64,000 nt of DNA from Candidatus Moraniibacteriota bacterium (GCA_013336285.1 JAAXTX010000004.1:624-64623); one strand, 5' to 3'; positions 1-8,678 are shown, numbered from the stretch's first letter. Notes: a model not told the origin generated them from the sequence alone. Numbers and translations are program-made.

Positions 1-763
1 TCATCATCCGTGCGGCTTTTTGCCTTCCCAATTCTCGAAGTTTCCAGTTTCCGCTTCCGTCATCGTCTACTAAGTCTCGAATATTTGAAAGGGCGATATT
101 GACAGCATTTTTTGTCATTCCGCCATGTCGCTCAACGGATTCCGAGAGCTCTTTTCTGGATAATCTATTTGGGTATTTAGCGTACAAAAGCAAAATAGCC
201 AAGTCTTTTGGGGATAACCCTTTGTGATTTATATACGTTCTGCCATCGATAGTTTCAAAAATCGGGTGCCTTTTTTCCATCAATGATTCAGTTAATGCCA
301 TTACATCTGCATTATCTGGTTGAGTCTGGTTAGAAAAGCGTAGCATCTCTGCTAGCAGCCATGAAATGATCGGCATAACAACGTCCGCATCCATCTTATT
401 TGGATCAAAGTCTTCTGAGTCATGCCTTGTTCCTCTGTTACTAACAATATCGTAAACAAAAGTACATGCTCGAGGCATTGTCAGTCTTAAGACATCGTCA
501 TAGGATGACCCGCTAAGTTGACATAACTCATTAACAATATTGTTAACCTTGAACTGTCTGCTTGGTGGTAGCGTGCCGCCAGTGTAGACTCTTATAGCCT
601 TGAGGAATGATTCAACAAATTTACTGCTCTTAGCTAGCGCACCTTCCCAGTCCTCCTGCTGAAACTTGGTTATTGCCTCAGTAAAGTGGTTTAACAAAGC
701 AGTTACATGAACTGGCGGAAAAACTTTTATTAGGATATCTTTCATTGCCTGAGTCTCTGTCAT
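1..763 (-). CDS. HEPN-like helical domain plus C-terminal winged helix protein (3' end runs off the window)
   Basis: Absent from the ORF track because there is no stop in the window. Read by hand from ATG at 763: MTETQAMKDILIKVFPPVHVTALLNHFTEAITKFQQEDWEGALAKSSKFVESFLKAI...VYDIVSNRGTRHDSEDFDPNKMDA...GNWKLRELGRQKAARMM. Starts 8 bp after the upstream stop. Confidence 0.7.
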   Translation of the reverse strand, partial: MTETQAMKDILIKVFPPVHVTALLNHFTEAITKFQQEDWEGALAKSSKFVESFLKAIRVYTGGTLPPSRQFKVNNIVNELCQLSGSSYDDVLRLTMPRACTFVYDIVSNRGTRHDSEDFDPNKMDADVVMPIISWLLAEMLRFSNQTQPDNADVMALTESLMEKRHPIFETIDGRTYINHKGLSPKDLAILLLYAKYPNRLSRKELSESVERHGGMTKNAVNIALSNIRDLVDDDGSGNWKLRELGRQKAARMM

Positions 764-771
764 ACAATTAT

Positions 772-1191
772 CTAGTTAAATATTTTCTGCCAGCTAGGAC
801 GAAGAGAATAGACCCCATTTTTTGACGAGGTAACCCAATCACTTTCTTTTGCCCTAATTGAATAGGCATCATTGTAACTCCCCAAAATTGATTTCATCTT
901 CCCCCAGTCTCTTTCAAGAGCGCTTCTGCTAACACCAACACTCAACTGGCCCTTCGTAGCATGAGCTAAGATAAGAGTAAACTTTTTTTGGCCGCTCATT
1001 CCTTTGCTATGATTCTTTATAAATGCCCTAAGGGGCGTAGAAAAATCAAGGTCCGCAATCTCAGTATTTTTTGCTGGGGTGGATACTCTGGCCTTAGGAA
1101 TATGCTTGTCGGGGACCGATAGGACACTTAGACACTCCTCGGTAAGAATTTGTATCTGTCTAAGGCGCTTAGCGATATTTACTTTGTCCAT
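772..1191 (-). CDS. hypothetical protein, probable C-terminal winged helix
   Basis: 139 aa, tightly spaced in the operon; wing-like end WVTSSKNGVYSLRPSW. Confidence 0.7.
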   Translation of the reverse strand: MDKVNIAKRLRQIQILTEECLSVLSVPDKHIPKARVSTPAKNTEIADLDFSTPLRAFIKNHSKGMSGQKKFTLILAHATKGQLSVGVSRSALERDWGKMKSILGSYNDAYSIRAKESDWVTSSKNGVYSLRPSWQKIFN

Positions 1192-1194
1192 AAG

Positions 1195-1632
1195 TTAGTT
1201 CTTGAGTTTGGCGACTTTCTGAAAGTGATTTTTCACAAATTCTTCTCCCGACGGAGTAAGAGACCAGGTTGTCTTCCCGTCTTTTTTTTCGCTTCCTTCA
1301 TGGATGTGTCCTTTACGAATGCTCATGTTAATTTTGTCGTTGATATTAATGGGAGGTCTTTCTTTTATGGCTTGAAAAGACCTCTCGATATTTGTTTTAT
1401 TAAAAGAAGCCATTCCCTCATGAACCTCAAGAAAGTATCCGATGGCTAGCGTTTTCTGGACATCGCCCTTTGGGTTACATTGGAGTAAGAACTCTTTCAC
1501 TGACATTTTCCGACTAAACGATGATCCTGCGGGGATTGCCTTTTCTTTGGTGATGTCGTTTGGAATACATTTCTCCAGTTTTTTTACGATAGAGAGAATT
1601 TCATCCAGTTTATCCTCAATGGACTTTTCCAT
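1195..1632 (-). CDS. hypothetical protein, N-terminal helix plus winged helix
   Basis: 145 aa; wing-like end KGHIHEG...TWSLTPSGEEFV. Confidence 0.75.
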   Translation of the reverse strand: MEKSIEDKLDEILSIVKKLEKCIPNDITKEKAIPAGSSFSRKMSVKEFLLQCNPKGDVQKTLAIGYFLEVHEGMASFNKTNIERSFQAIKERPPININDKINMSIRKGHIHEGSEKKDGKTTWSLTPSGEEFVKNHFQKVAKLKN

Positions 1633-1637
1633 AGCGA

Positions 1638-2039
1638 TTAGCTTTTATTCGAATTAGAGCGAGACTCCAGGGATTTTAGTATGTGATCTACTTCGTGAAC
1701 GGGTATTTCATAATTCCCCTTACCAGCCAATAGCCCTATCGCTTTTAATTTCTTTATTGTAGGGTCAACCGTTCCGGACTTCAGTCCAGTTTTAATCACG
1801 ACTTCCTTTCCGGTAATACTGCTTTCTTGCACGGCTCCTTGTCGCTGTAAAAGCTTTTTCACAAGGCCATACGCAAGAATCTTTTCGTCGGCCTTTAAGG
1901 AGACTTCCCTATGATAAACAAGTATGTGCTCGTCTCTCTGAACTGAAATCAGCGGCTTAAGCACAGCCACAACCCGCTCTTCATCAAAAGGGCCGCTGTC
2001 AGTGAAAAGTTCTTCAACTAAAGCCTTTTTAGATTCCAT
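1638..2039 (-). CDS. hypothetical winged-helix protein
   Basis: 133 aa; ITGKEVVIKTGLKSGTVDPTIKKLKAIGLL resembles an HTH followed by a wing. Confidence 0.75.
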   Translation of the reverse strand: MESKKALVEELFTDSGPFDEERVVAVLKPLISVQRDEHILVYHREVSLKADEKILAYGLVKKLLQRQGAVQESSITGKEVVIKTGLKSGTVDPTIKKLKAIGLLAGKGNYEIPVHEVDHILKSLESRSNSNKS

Positions 2040-2490
2040 ATAATGATATTATTAGTTATTTCGGCGGGGCAGGTTCCACGCGTTATCCTGAGTCTAGCAG
2101 GCAACGCTCATGATGTCAAGTGAGATTACAAATTCGACTTGTTAATAGAGTAGAAATATAAGATATTGTTTATTATAAAGTAAAAAAAGTGTAAGTATTT
2201 CCAAATGTTTTTATGATAATCATCAGTATAAACAATATAATGCTTTATATAAAGGCAAAATTTGGCAAGTATATATACATAGTTTAATTATAATAGTATA
2301 CATAATTTATATAAATTCATTCCTTATATAAAGTATATTTATTCAAATAATAATATGATATAATAATTAGAAAATTCAGGTTGCTCAAAGGAGGTGTATT
2401 GGCTGCTAAAGTATATATTGCAAACGTGTCAATATACATTTAAGATTTAAGGAAGAAACATGAAAGCAAGAAAGATCTTAAATTCGTAGT

Positions 2491-3414
2491 ATGTCCCTTT
2501 TGCAGAAAATTCAATCTTTAGCTGTTGATTCAAGCTCAGACATTTCTGAATTGTTGAGGCACTGTAAAATTTTGGCTTTTAGGCTTGATAACAACGAGTT
2601 AAAAAAGTGGGTAGACCTTGAGTTGAATGGATATCTCAATGCTGATGAACTTCCGGAATATAGGATCGTTGACGTTTCGACAAGGGGCCATTTTTTTGGC
2701 TCATTTGGTCGTGAGCTAAAGAATGGGGAAATATCGTTGCATTGTATCGAAAAAGAACACCGAAAATATTTAGACAAGGCATATGCGATGCAGCCAATTT
2801 CTGCCTACCTAGCATTAGTAAGGTCGGCTACGGACGGGCAGAATTTTAAAGAATTTTGGCCTGCTGAGCTTGTTGCTATGTATCATGACAAGATGTATGA
2901 GGAGATGTCATGCCTTTCCGCATGGAAAGAAATACCATATTCCTCCCTGGTTGCGCTAATTGATGTAGTACGAAATCGGATTCTTAATTTTGCTCTCGAG
3001 ATTGAAGCCGAAGATTCGAGGGCTGGCGACGTTTCACTTAATGATCTCGGTAGCACATCTCTTACTCCGGAAAAAATTATGAACGTATTCCACAACACTA
3101 TTATCGGAAATGTTGGAAACCTGTCCGAGGGAGGGAGCGACTACTCTCAGAACGCGGCTGTTTATGTGACTGCTGGAGACTTCCAAGCTCTGCACGATCA
3201 ATTGGTTCAATTTGGAATTGAAGAGCAGGACATTCAGGCATTAAATATCGCCATTGAAGAGGACCGCGAGAGTGAAGATAAGGAATCGAGGGCTCTCGGA
3301 AAAAAAGTGAAAGCTTGGATAGCTAAAGTCACTAGCGGACTGAAGCCATTAGCTCAAAATATCTCCGCCGATTTGATAGTAAAAGCTATCCTTATGTATT
3401 ATGGAATTCAATAA
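2491..3414 (+). CDS. AbiTii-domain protein (abortive-infection related)
   Basis: N-terminal pattern ISELLRHCKILAFRL...KWVDLELNGY...LPEYR is typical of AbiTii. Confidence 0.8.
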   Translation: MSLLQKIQSLAVDSSSDISELLRHCKILAFRLDNNELKKWVDLELNGYLNADELPEYRIVDVSTRGHFFGSFGRELKNGEISLHCIEKEHRKYLDKAYAMQPISAYLALVRSATDGQNFKEFWPAELVAMYHDKMYEEMSCLSAWKEIPYSSLVALIDVVRNRILNFALEIEAEDSRAGDVSLNDLGSTSLTPEKIMNVFHNTIIGNVGNLSEGGSDYSQNAAVYVTAGDFQALHDQLVQFGIEEQDIQALNIAIEEDRESEDKESRALGKKVKAWIAKVTSGLKPLAQNISADLIVKAILMYYGIQ

Positions 3415-3458
3415 GCGGTATTTTCCGCTGAGGTTCTTACCGCGTAAACTAGCCAGCT

Positions 3459-3505
3459 CAGGAAAGCATAAACTCCCCCGCAGAGGGGAGTTTTTGCTTT
3501 TCCTG
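3459..3505 (+). terminator. long hairpin / intrinsic terminator after the AbiTii gene
   Basis: CAGGAAAGCATAAACTCCCC-loop-GGGGAGTTTTTGCTTTTCCTG. Confidence 0.65.
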
Positions 3506-3513
3506 GGTAGATA

Positions 3514-3660
3514 GGGAGTCGAACGGGCAGGAACGAGTTGCGATCCGCCAGCTTGCGGAGAGCAAAACGAGTGTAGACGAATGCGAGCAAACGCAGCATT
3601 CGGCTCTGCCCTGGACAACGAGCGCTTTTAAGCGCGAGGACGAAACTCCTGTTACCCGCA
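3514..3660 (+). repeat. structured repeat unit 1
   Basis: GGGAGTCGAACGGGCAG...GAATGC...GCATTC..CTGCCCTGGACAACGA-hairpin-GAGGACGAAACTCCTGTTACCCGCA. Confidence 0.9.
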
Positions 3661-3742
3661 TCGTAGGTCGTTCGCTTCCTGTGTGTAGCGCCCTGGCTCC
3701 GCGTCGGAGTGCGGAGGACTCCCGTTACCCGAAATCATGAGC

Positions 3743-3874
3743 GGGAGTCGAACGGGCAGAAGCGATCCGCCGGCTGGCGGAGAGCGTCGATGAATGCGAC
3801 CGAGCAGGGAGCATTCAGCGCTGCCCTGGATAACGAGGTGTCAGTAGACACCGAGGACGAAACTCCCGTTACCC
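3743..3874 (+). repeat. structured repeat unit 2
   Basis: Same conserved blocks as unit 1 with different hairpin sequences; preceded by a partial unit ending GACTCCCGTTACCC at about 3717-3730. Confidence 0.9.
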
Positions 3875-3890
3875 TCCCCCGTCAAATATT

Positions 3891-4015
3891 GGAGTCGAAC
3901 GGGCAGAAGCGAGTCTTCGAGTGTCGATGAATGCGACCGAAGAGGAAGCATTCAGCGCTGTCCTGGACAACGAAGCGCCAGCAGGCTCTGAGGACGAGAC
4001 TTCCGTTACCCGCTC
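3891..4015 (+). repeat. structured repeat unit 3, ending in a tRNA-Gly-like 3' end
   Basis: Same conserved blocks; ends TTCCGTTACCCGCTC. Confidence 0.9.
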
Positions 4016-4076
4016 AAAAAGCAAAAAAGAGAATCTATTCGGACCCCCCCCTTTTTTTTGTTCTTGTAATTACGAT

Positions 4077-4107
4077 AAAAAAAGCCCGCGCAATAGCTCG
4101 GGCTTTT
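4077..4107 (-). terminator. intrinsic terminator (possibly bidirectional)
   Basis: Minus strand AAAAGCCCGAGCTATTGCGCGGGCTTTTTTT, just after the stop at 4114. Confidence 0.75.
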
Positions 4108-4113
4108 CATTTT

Positions 4114-4263
4114 TTACCGCTTCGGACCGTGTCCGAGGCGGCGTGCGCGCCGATATTTTCTCAGGGCGCGGCCTCGCTGCTTGTAAAGGCCTGCCTTTTT
4201 AAACGCGCGTTCACCGCGGCCTGTGATGACGCGCAGTTTTCGACATATGTAAACGTTCGGCAT
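4114..4263 (-). CDS. small Arg/Lys-rich protein (49 aa)
   Basis: GGAGGT Shine-Dalgarno 5 nt before ATG and a terminator right after the stop; MPNVYICRKLRVITGRGERAFKKAGLYKQRGRALRKYRRARRLGHGPKR. Confidence 0.6.
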   Translation of the reverse strand: MPNVYICRKLRVITGRGERAFKKAGLYKQRGRALRKYRRARRLGHGPKR

Positions 4264-4330
4264 GGTCCACCTCCGTTTGGATTGAAGAAGCCACTGATGA
4301 TGGTGTAGCATGACTTTCGTCAAAGAAGTA

Positions 4331-4359
4331 TTGACAGTATCTTATAAGTATGCTATACT
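4331..4359 (+). promoter_or_regulatory. sigma70 promoter for the 3D-domain gene
   Basis: TTGACA-17 bp-TATACT with extended -10 TG. Confidence 0.75.
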
Positions 4360-4431
4360 ATACCGTTGCGACTGAAAAAGATTCGGTCGTAACTCAAGTC
4401 CGGAGGCTTGAATAAAATGTATTCGTAAGAT

Positions 4432-5019
4432 ATGAGTGGTAAACGTTTGGCGTTTGTCGTGACATTGGTGTATATGTCGTGGACAAATGCCGTTTATGCC
4501 GTGGATGGGGTCGCCATTTCCGAATCTGCCGACAATATTGAGATTTCCGTTACCATGCCCCGGGCTCGGCAGGATTACCGTGATTTCCTAATGAGTTATC
4601 TTTTTGGCGCGATACCGAATGCGCGACTGGCCGATGCTCCTGAAAGTAAGACGGAACAAGAAGGGCCTGAGCAGCGGATCTTGGCCAGATGGAAGGATAA
4701 GCAGACGGACCGTTGGAAAGAGCTTCCAACTGAAAAGTTTGAAATAGTCGCTTCCGCTTATACCGCCTCATCGGACGAATGTGGAAAGGCCGATGGAAAA
4801 ACCGCATCGGGTTTGATGGTAACGGCAAACCGTACACTGGCTTGCCCCGCAAACTATCCGTTCGGGGCAAAAATCGCGATTGACGGATATGGTACGTTCA
4901 GATGCGAAGACCGTGGAGGTGCCATACGCGGGAATCGCTTTGATATCTATATGCTGACGAAGAAAGAAGCGTTCGCATTCGGTCGTCGGCGTCTTTTGGC
5001 CGAAGTTGTCGCCGATTAA
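4432..5019 (+). CDS. secreted 3D-domain (lytic transglycosylase-like) protein
   Basis: Signal peptide; ASAY...TASG...CEDRGGAIRGNRFDIY. Confidence 0.9.
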   Translation: MSGKRLAFVVTLVYMSWTNAVYAVDGVAISESADNIEISVTMPRARQDYRDFLMSYLFGAIPNARLADAPESKTEQEGPEQRILARWKDKQTDRWKELPTEKFEIVASAYTASSDECGKADGKTASGLMVTANRTLACPANYPFGAKIAIDGYGTFRCEDRGGAIRGNRFDIYMLTKKEAFAFGRRRLLAEVVAD

Positions 5020-5029
5020 TCTGGTAAAA

Positions 5030-5060
5030 TAAGAAATACCCCGGATACGGGGTATTTTTT
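5030..5060. terminator. bidirectional terminator between convergent genes
   Basis: AAGAAATACCCCG-GATA-CGGGGTATTTTTT. Confidence 0.75.
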
Positions 5061-5068
5061 CGTACTGC

Positions 5069-5839
5069 CTAGAAGTTCTTTCGCTGACGTTCGGGTATTT
5101 GTTCGGAAGATACCATCCTCCTCCAATTACGGAATTGCCAGAATAAGTCACGTACGCGAAGGTGATGAGAATGTCTGACTCGGAATTTCGGATCATGCAC
5201 GATCCGATAACCCATGCTGACAAAATGCCATGCCCAATCGGCATCTTCCCCTCCCCATCCGCCATTGATGTTCTCATCGAATGGGTATTTCGTCCACAAA
5301 TCCTTCCTGATCATAGCGTTGGTCGTACCGAGTATCCCATTTTCGGGACCGATAAGCAGATGTGCCAATCCCCCGATCCTGTACCGAATCGCTCCAACGG
5401 TATAACCGGCGATATTGTAGATAAGTTTGTCTGCGATAGTGCCGTCCGCGTGCGCGATCGGAAGAGCGAATACGCCTGCTACGTTATCATCCTCGAAATT
5501 TCTTAAGCCGTCGTCAAGAAAAGTGTTGGAAACGGGTATCGAATGGCCGTTCGTGAAAACGATGTATCGACCGATTGATTTCCCGGCGCCGAAGTTACAT
5601 GAAAATGGATGCGAAAACTTCCCTTCCGGAATCTCTGCTACGCGACAGCCCCGCGATTCGGCGATCCCGCATGTCCCATCGACCGAATGATCGTCTACGA
5701 TGAGTACCTCGAAATCTTTGAATGTCTGTCTTGCGTATGCATCCAATACCATTCGGAGGTACTTCTCCTCGTTTTTTGTCCGTATGACGACCGAAACGAG
5801 CGGCTTCGACCGATCTTTCCGTGAGAGAGAGGTCTTCAT
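5069..5839 (-). CDS. glycosyltransferase family 2
   Basis: VSVVIRTKNE, VDDHSVDGT, GGEDADW. Confidence 0.9.
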   Translation of the reverse strand: MKTSLSRKDRSKPLVSVVIRTKNEEKYLRMVLDAYARQTFKDFEVLIVDDHSVDGTCGIAESRGCRVAEIPEGKFSHPFSCNFGAGKSIGRYIVFTNGHSIPVSNTFLDDGLRNFEDDNVAGVFALPIAHADGTIADKLIYNIAGYTVGAIRYRIGGLAHLLIGPENGILGTTNAMIRKDLWTKYPFDENINGGWGGEDADWAWHFVSMGYRIVHDPKFRVRHSHHLRVRDLFWQFRNWRRMVSSEQIPERQRKNF

Positions 5840-5848
5840 GGTGGTATT

Positions 5849-6445
5849 TCAGTCTTTTTTACTCCGGTGAGCCCACCAGTCGTCGTTTTTGTCACCGAAC
5901 CACCATCTGTCTGATTCGGTAACTATGATCCTGTCCGCAAGCGCTTTCGCTTCGTCGGTAACGAGCCGTTTTAGGATATTTGGAATCCAGGTTTCCGCCC
6001 GCCCGTTTCCGGCGTCTCCCTGTTCCTTGAGTGTAAGTAGGAATTCGAGATTGTCGGCATCTTTGGAATATACGGATTCCTTACTCTTCCTTTCTTCATA
6101 TTCGTCGATCAGGCTCTTTACGTCATTTCCGAACGGAAGCTGTTTCGAAAGATCCGTATGCGCCTTCTCTTCATGACGTTCCGTATATTTCTGATGAACA
6201 TAATTCAGGTCCGATATACGGGATTCCGAAATGTCATGAAAAAGACACATCGTAACGACCTTGCCGACTTCCACGTCCCCAGCCATTTTAGCGAGACAAT
6301 ACCCGATATAGGCGGTGCGGTTGATGTGTTCTGCGACGCTTTGATCCCCGCTACCGAGAAACGCTGAAAAACTTCGCGGGGTTTTGGCAAGCATTCCCGT
6401 TTCAAAGAGGAAATCAACGATACCATCGGCTTCGTTTTCTTCCAT
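5849..6445 (-). CDS. HD-domain hydrolase (YfbR/HDDC2-like)
   Basis: SVAEH, FHDISE, KDADNLE. Start moved to MEENEAD because the upstream part of the track ORF overlaps tRNAs. Confidence 0.9.
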   Translation of the reverse strand: MEENEADGIVDFLFETGMLAKTPRSFSAFLGSGDQSVAEHINRTAYIGYCLAKMAGDVEVGKVVTMCLFHDISESRISDLNYVHQKYTERHEEKAHTDLSKQLPFGNDVKSLIDEYEERKSKESVYSKDADNLEFLLTLKEQGDAGNGRAETWIPNILKRLVTDEAKALADRIIVTESDRWWFGDKNDDWWAHRSKKD

Positions 6446-6475
6446 ATTGTTCGTCTTATGATCGATCTGACCGTT

Positions 6476-6562
6476 TGGTGCCGCAGGCGGGAGTCGAACC
6501 CGCATAGCTTTTAGGCTGGGAGATTTTAAGTCTCCTGTGTCTACCAGTTCCACCACCGCGGC
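6476..6562 (-). tRNA. tRNA-Leu(TAA)
   Basis: GCCGCGG acceptor, GGAGA-CTTAAAA-TCTCC anticodon arm, long variable arm, GTTCGAC, encoded CCA. Confidence 0.95.
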
Positions 6563-6572
6563 ATATAATGTG

Positions 6573-6643
6573 AGGTCGCGCCCGGAATTGAACCGGGGTG
6601 AAGGGTTTTGCAGACCCGTGCCTAACCACTCGGCCACGCGACC
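6573..6643 (-). tRNA. tRNA-Cys(GCA)
   Basis: GGTCGCG acceptor, CTGCAAA anticodon loop, GTTCAAT, U73. Confidence 0.95.
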
Positions 6644-6696
6644 AATCTCTTCTCGAAAGGCCTTTATAAAGTACCAAACCAAACAACCAGCGTCAA

Positions 6697-7320
6697 TCAA
6701 GCGATATGAACGTCATTTTCCTTTTCAAGCCTTGCTGTATTCAGGATGGCGGGAATACGCATGAAATCCATCTTGAGGGTATTTCTCATGCTGCCGTTAT
6801 ACAGGGCTGCGGCGGGATGATACAGCGGAACCAGGACGCGCGTACCTATGCTCGCGTACGTTTTTCGAAATGCTTTCCCGTGAACTTCCGATATTTTCTG
6901 ATCTGGTAGGTAATGATTCAATGCGTGTCGTCCGAGCGTGACGATAAGTAGCGGATCGATCAATGTGATCTGCTCACGAAGCCACTCCGCGCAATCGGAT
7001 ATTTCTGGCGGAAACGGATCACGATTTTCAGGAGGACGATATTTGACGATGTTGGTAATGTATATGTCTTCACGCCGCAAGCCGACGGATAGGAGCATCT
7101 CTTCGAGGAAGATTCCAGCCGCACCTACAAATGGTACTCCTTTGAGGTCTTCGTTTTTCCCCGGGGCCTCACCGATGAAAACGATTTCGGCCGAAGCGCT
7201 CCCGCTACCCGGAACCGCTTGGGTCGCTTCTTTTCGGAGAGAACATTGACACTGCGAGGCCATTCGCTCGTTCAATTCTCTCAGGAGCTCATCTTTCACA
7301 TTATGCACTGAATCGTTCAT
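6697..7320 (-). CDS. uracil-DNA glycosylase family 4
   Basis: IGEAPG, PFVGAAG, TNIVKYRPPENR, YHPAA; start placed at MNDSVH. Confidence 0.92.
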   Translation of the reverse strand: MNDSVHNVKDELLRELNERMASQCQCSLRKEATQAVPGSGSASAEIVFIGEAPGKNEDLKGVPFVGAAGIFLEEMLLSVGLRREDIYITNIVKYRPPENRDPFPPEISDCAEWLREQITLIDPLLIVTLGRHALNHYLPDQKISEVHGKAFRKTYASIGTRVLVPLYHPAAALYNGSMRNTLKMDFMRIPAILNTARLEKENDVHIA

Positions 7321-7351
7321 AAGTAGTGGATAACTGAAGATTTCGTTTCTA

Positions 7352-8317
7352 TCAGCGGACTTCCCAGCCGGTGGATGTTTCGAAAATCCGACCAGGTATC
7401 TCGAATCCGCTGGCGTATTTATGGCCTCCTCCTCCGAAGGATTTGGCAATTGCCGATACGTCGATGCCCTTATGGGGCTCGGTACGTAGACTTCCGCGGA
7501 CGAGATTCTCCCCTATTTGGTAAAAAAGAAGCGAAAATTTGGCATCCGGGACATGATTGAGAAGCTCCGAAGCGATATAGAGGTCCTCGGTAGAAGGGTT
7601 TCCAAGTTCTCGAATATCGTCTTCCGTGATCGCTGCATAGATCATGCCGTTATTCGGATTGATCTGCGCCCGGGATAAGGCCTTACCCCAAAGGTTAAGA
7701 GTTGAAATCTTATTGTTCGAGAAGACGGTCGATGTGATTTTCGAAAGTCTCGCGCCGCTCTGAATGAGATAGGACGCTGCGGCGAATGTTTGAGTCGTGG
7801 TGCATGAATGTTGAAGGTTTCCCGTGTCACCCAGTATTCCGAGCAGTAACGCGGTCGCCATGTTTTTGGAAAGCCGCTGTGCGTTATCTTTGAAAAATAG
7901 GTATACGAGTTCCGACGCGGAGGAGACGGAAGGGTCGATGACGATAATGTCGGCTTCAGGGTTTTCGATCGGATGATGGTCGATAAGTATTGTTACCGTA
8001 CGCTCCGATATCCTGTCCTTGACCCGATCTAATCCCCGGTTTATGCTGTCCGCGCCCAATACCGCGTCATACGCGGGGAAATCGATTTCATCCGGATGAA
8101 CGAAAACGACGCTTGGAAACAGATCTTTTGCGAAGTTGGGAACAGGGTCGAAACAAGCGATATCCGCCCGTTTCCCGAGTGATTCGATATGTTCCTGCAG
8201 CGCTATATTGGCGCCGACGGTATCGGCATCCGGTCTCGAGTGAGCGAATAATAAGACTCGGCTCGAATTTCGAATCACGAATCGGATATTCCTGAATTGC
8301 GCTTCGAATTCGTTCAT
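7352..8317 (-). CDS. nrnA: DHH/DHHA1 phosphoesterase (nanoRNase A-like)
   Basis: HSRPDAD, IDHH, GDTG, GGGGH; next to rbfA. Confidence 0.88.
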   Translation of the reverse strand: MNEFEAQFRNIRFVIRNSSRVLLFAHSRPDADTVGANIALQEHIESLGKRADIACFDPVPNFAKDLFPSVVFVHPDEIDFPAYDAVLGADSINRGLDRVKDRISERTVTILIDHHPIENPEADIIVIDPSVSSASELVYLFFKDNAQRLSKNMATALLLGILGDTGNLQHSCTTTQTFAAASYLIQSGARLSKITSTVFSNNKISTLNLWGKALSRAQINPNNGMIYAAITEDDIRELGNPSTEDLYIASELLNHVPDAKFSLLFYQIGENLVRGSLRTEPHKGIDVSAIAKSFGGGGHKYASGFEIPGRIFETSTGWEVR

Positions 8318-8333
8318 ATTTATTCCGATCCCG

Positions 8334-8678
8334 TTATTCCGATTCCGCGTCGATGATTTTGAGGATCTTTTCTACGGTGTCCGCGCGACTTTCCGTCGGA
8401 TCATATTCGAATGATATTTTCGGCATCGGTTTCATCTGCAGTTTCCCGTGCAATTCATGCTGGATACGTTTTCTTTCGTAACGTAACGTTTTTAACACGT
8501 AGTTAAACTCGTTTTCCGGGAGAACGCTTATATATACACGAGAATTCCGAAGATCCGGGCTCGTGTCGACTTTGGAAATAGTCGCTAGGACGCCTGGCTT
8601 GAAATTCACTTCCCTTAGGAGGATTTCTCCGAGAAGTTCACGTATAAGACCGTTTATTTGCAGTATTCTGTGAGACAT
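8334..8678 (-). CDS. rbfA: ribosome-binding factor A
   Basis: TISKVDTSPDLRNSRVYIS...PKISFEYD. Confidence 0.92.
   Translation of the reverse strand: MSHRILQINGLIRELLGEILLREVNFKPGVLATISKVDTSPDLRNSRVYISVLPENEFNYVLKTLRYERKRIQHELHGKLQMKPMPKISFEYDPTESRADTVEKILKIIDAESE

Noticed and set aside
3514-4015. Hammerhead ribozyme (GAGGACGAAAC, GAYGA and GUC words present)
   Set aside because: No CUGAnGA core directly joining stems I and II in the required order; unit 3 has GAGA in place of GAAA. Not a canonical hammerhead.
3514-4015. CRISPR array or protein-coding repeats (ORFs 3709-3930, 3921-4202)
   Set aside because: Units are >120 nt with internal variable hairpins, no cas genes are nearby, and conservation follows pairing rather than codons.
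6446-6700. N-terminal extension of the HD protein and other ORFs over tRNAs (also 8798-8995, 46201-46389)
   Set aside because: They overlap well-formed tRNA genes.
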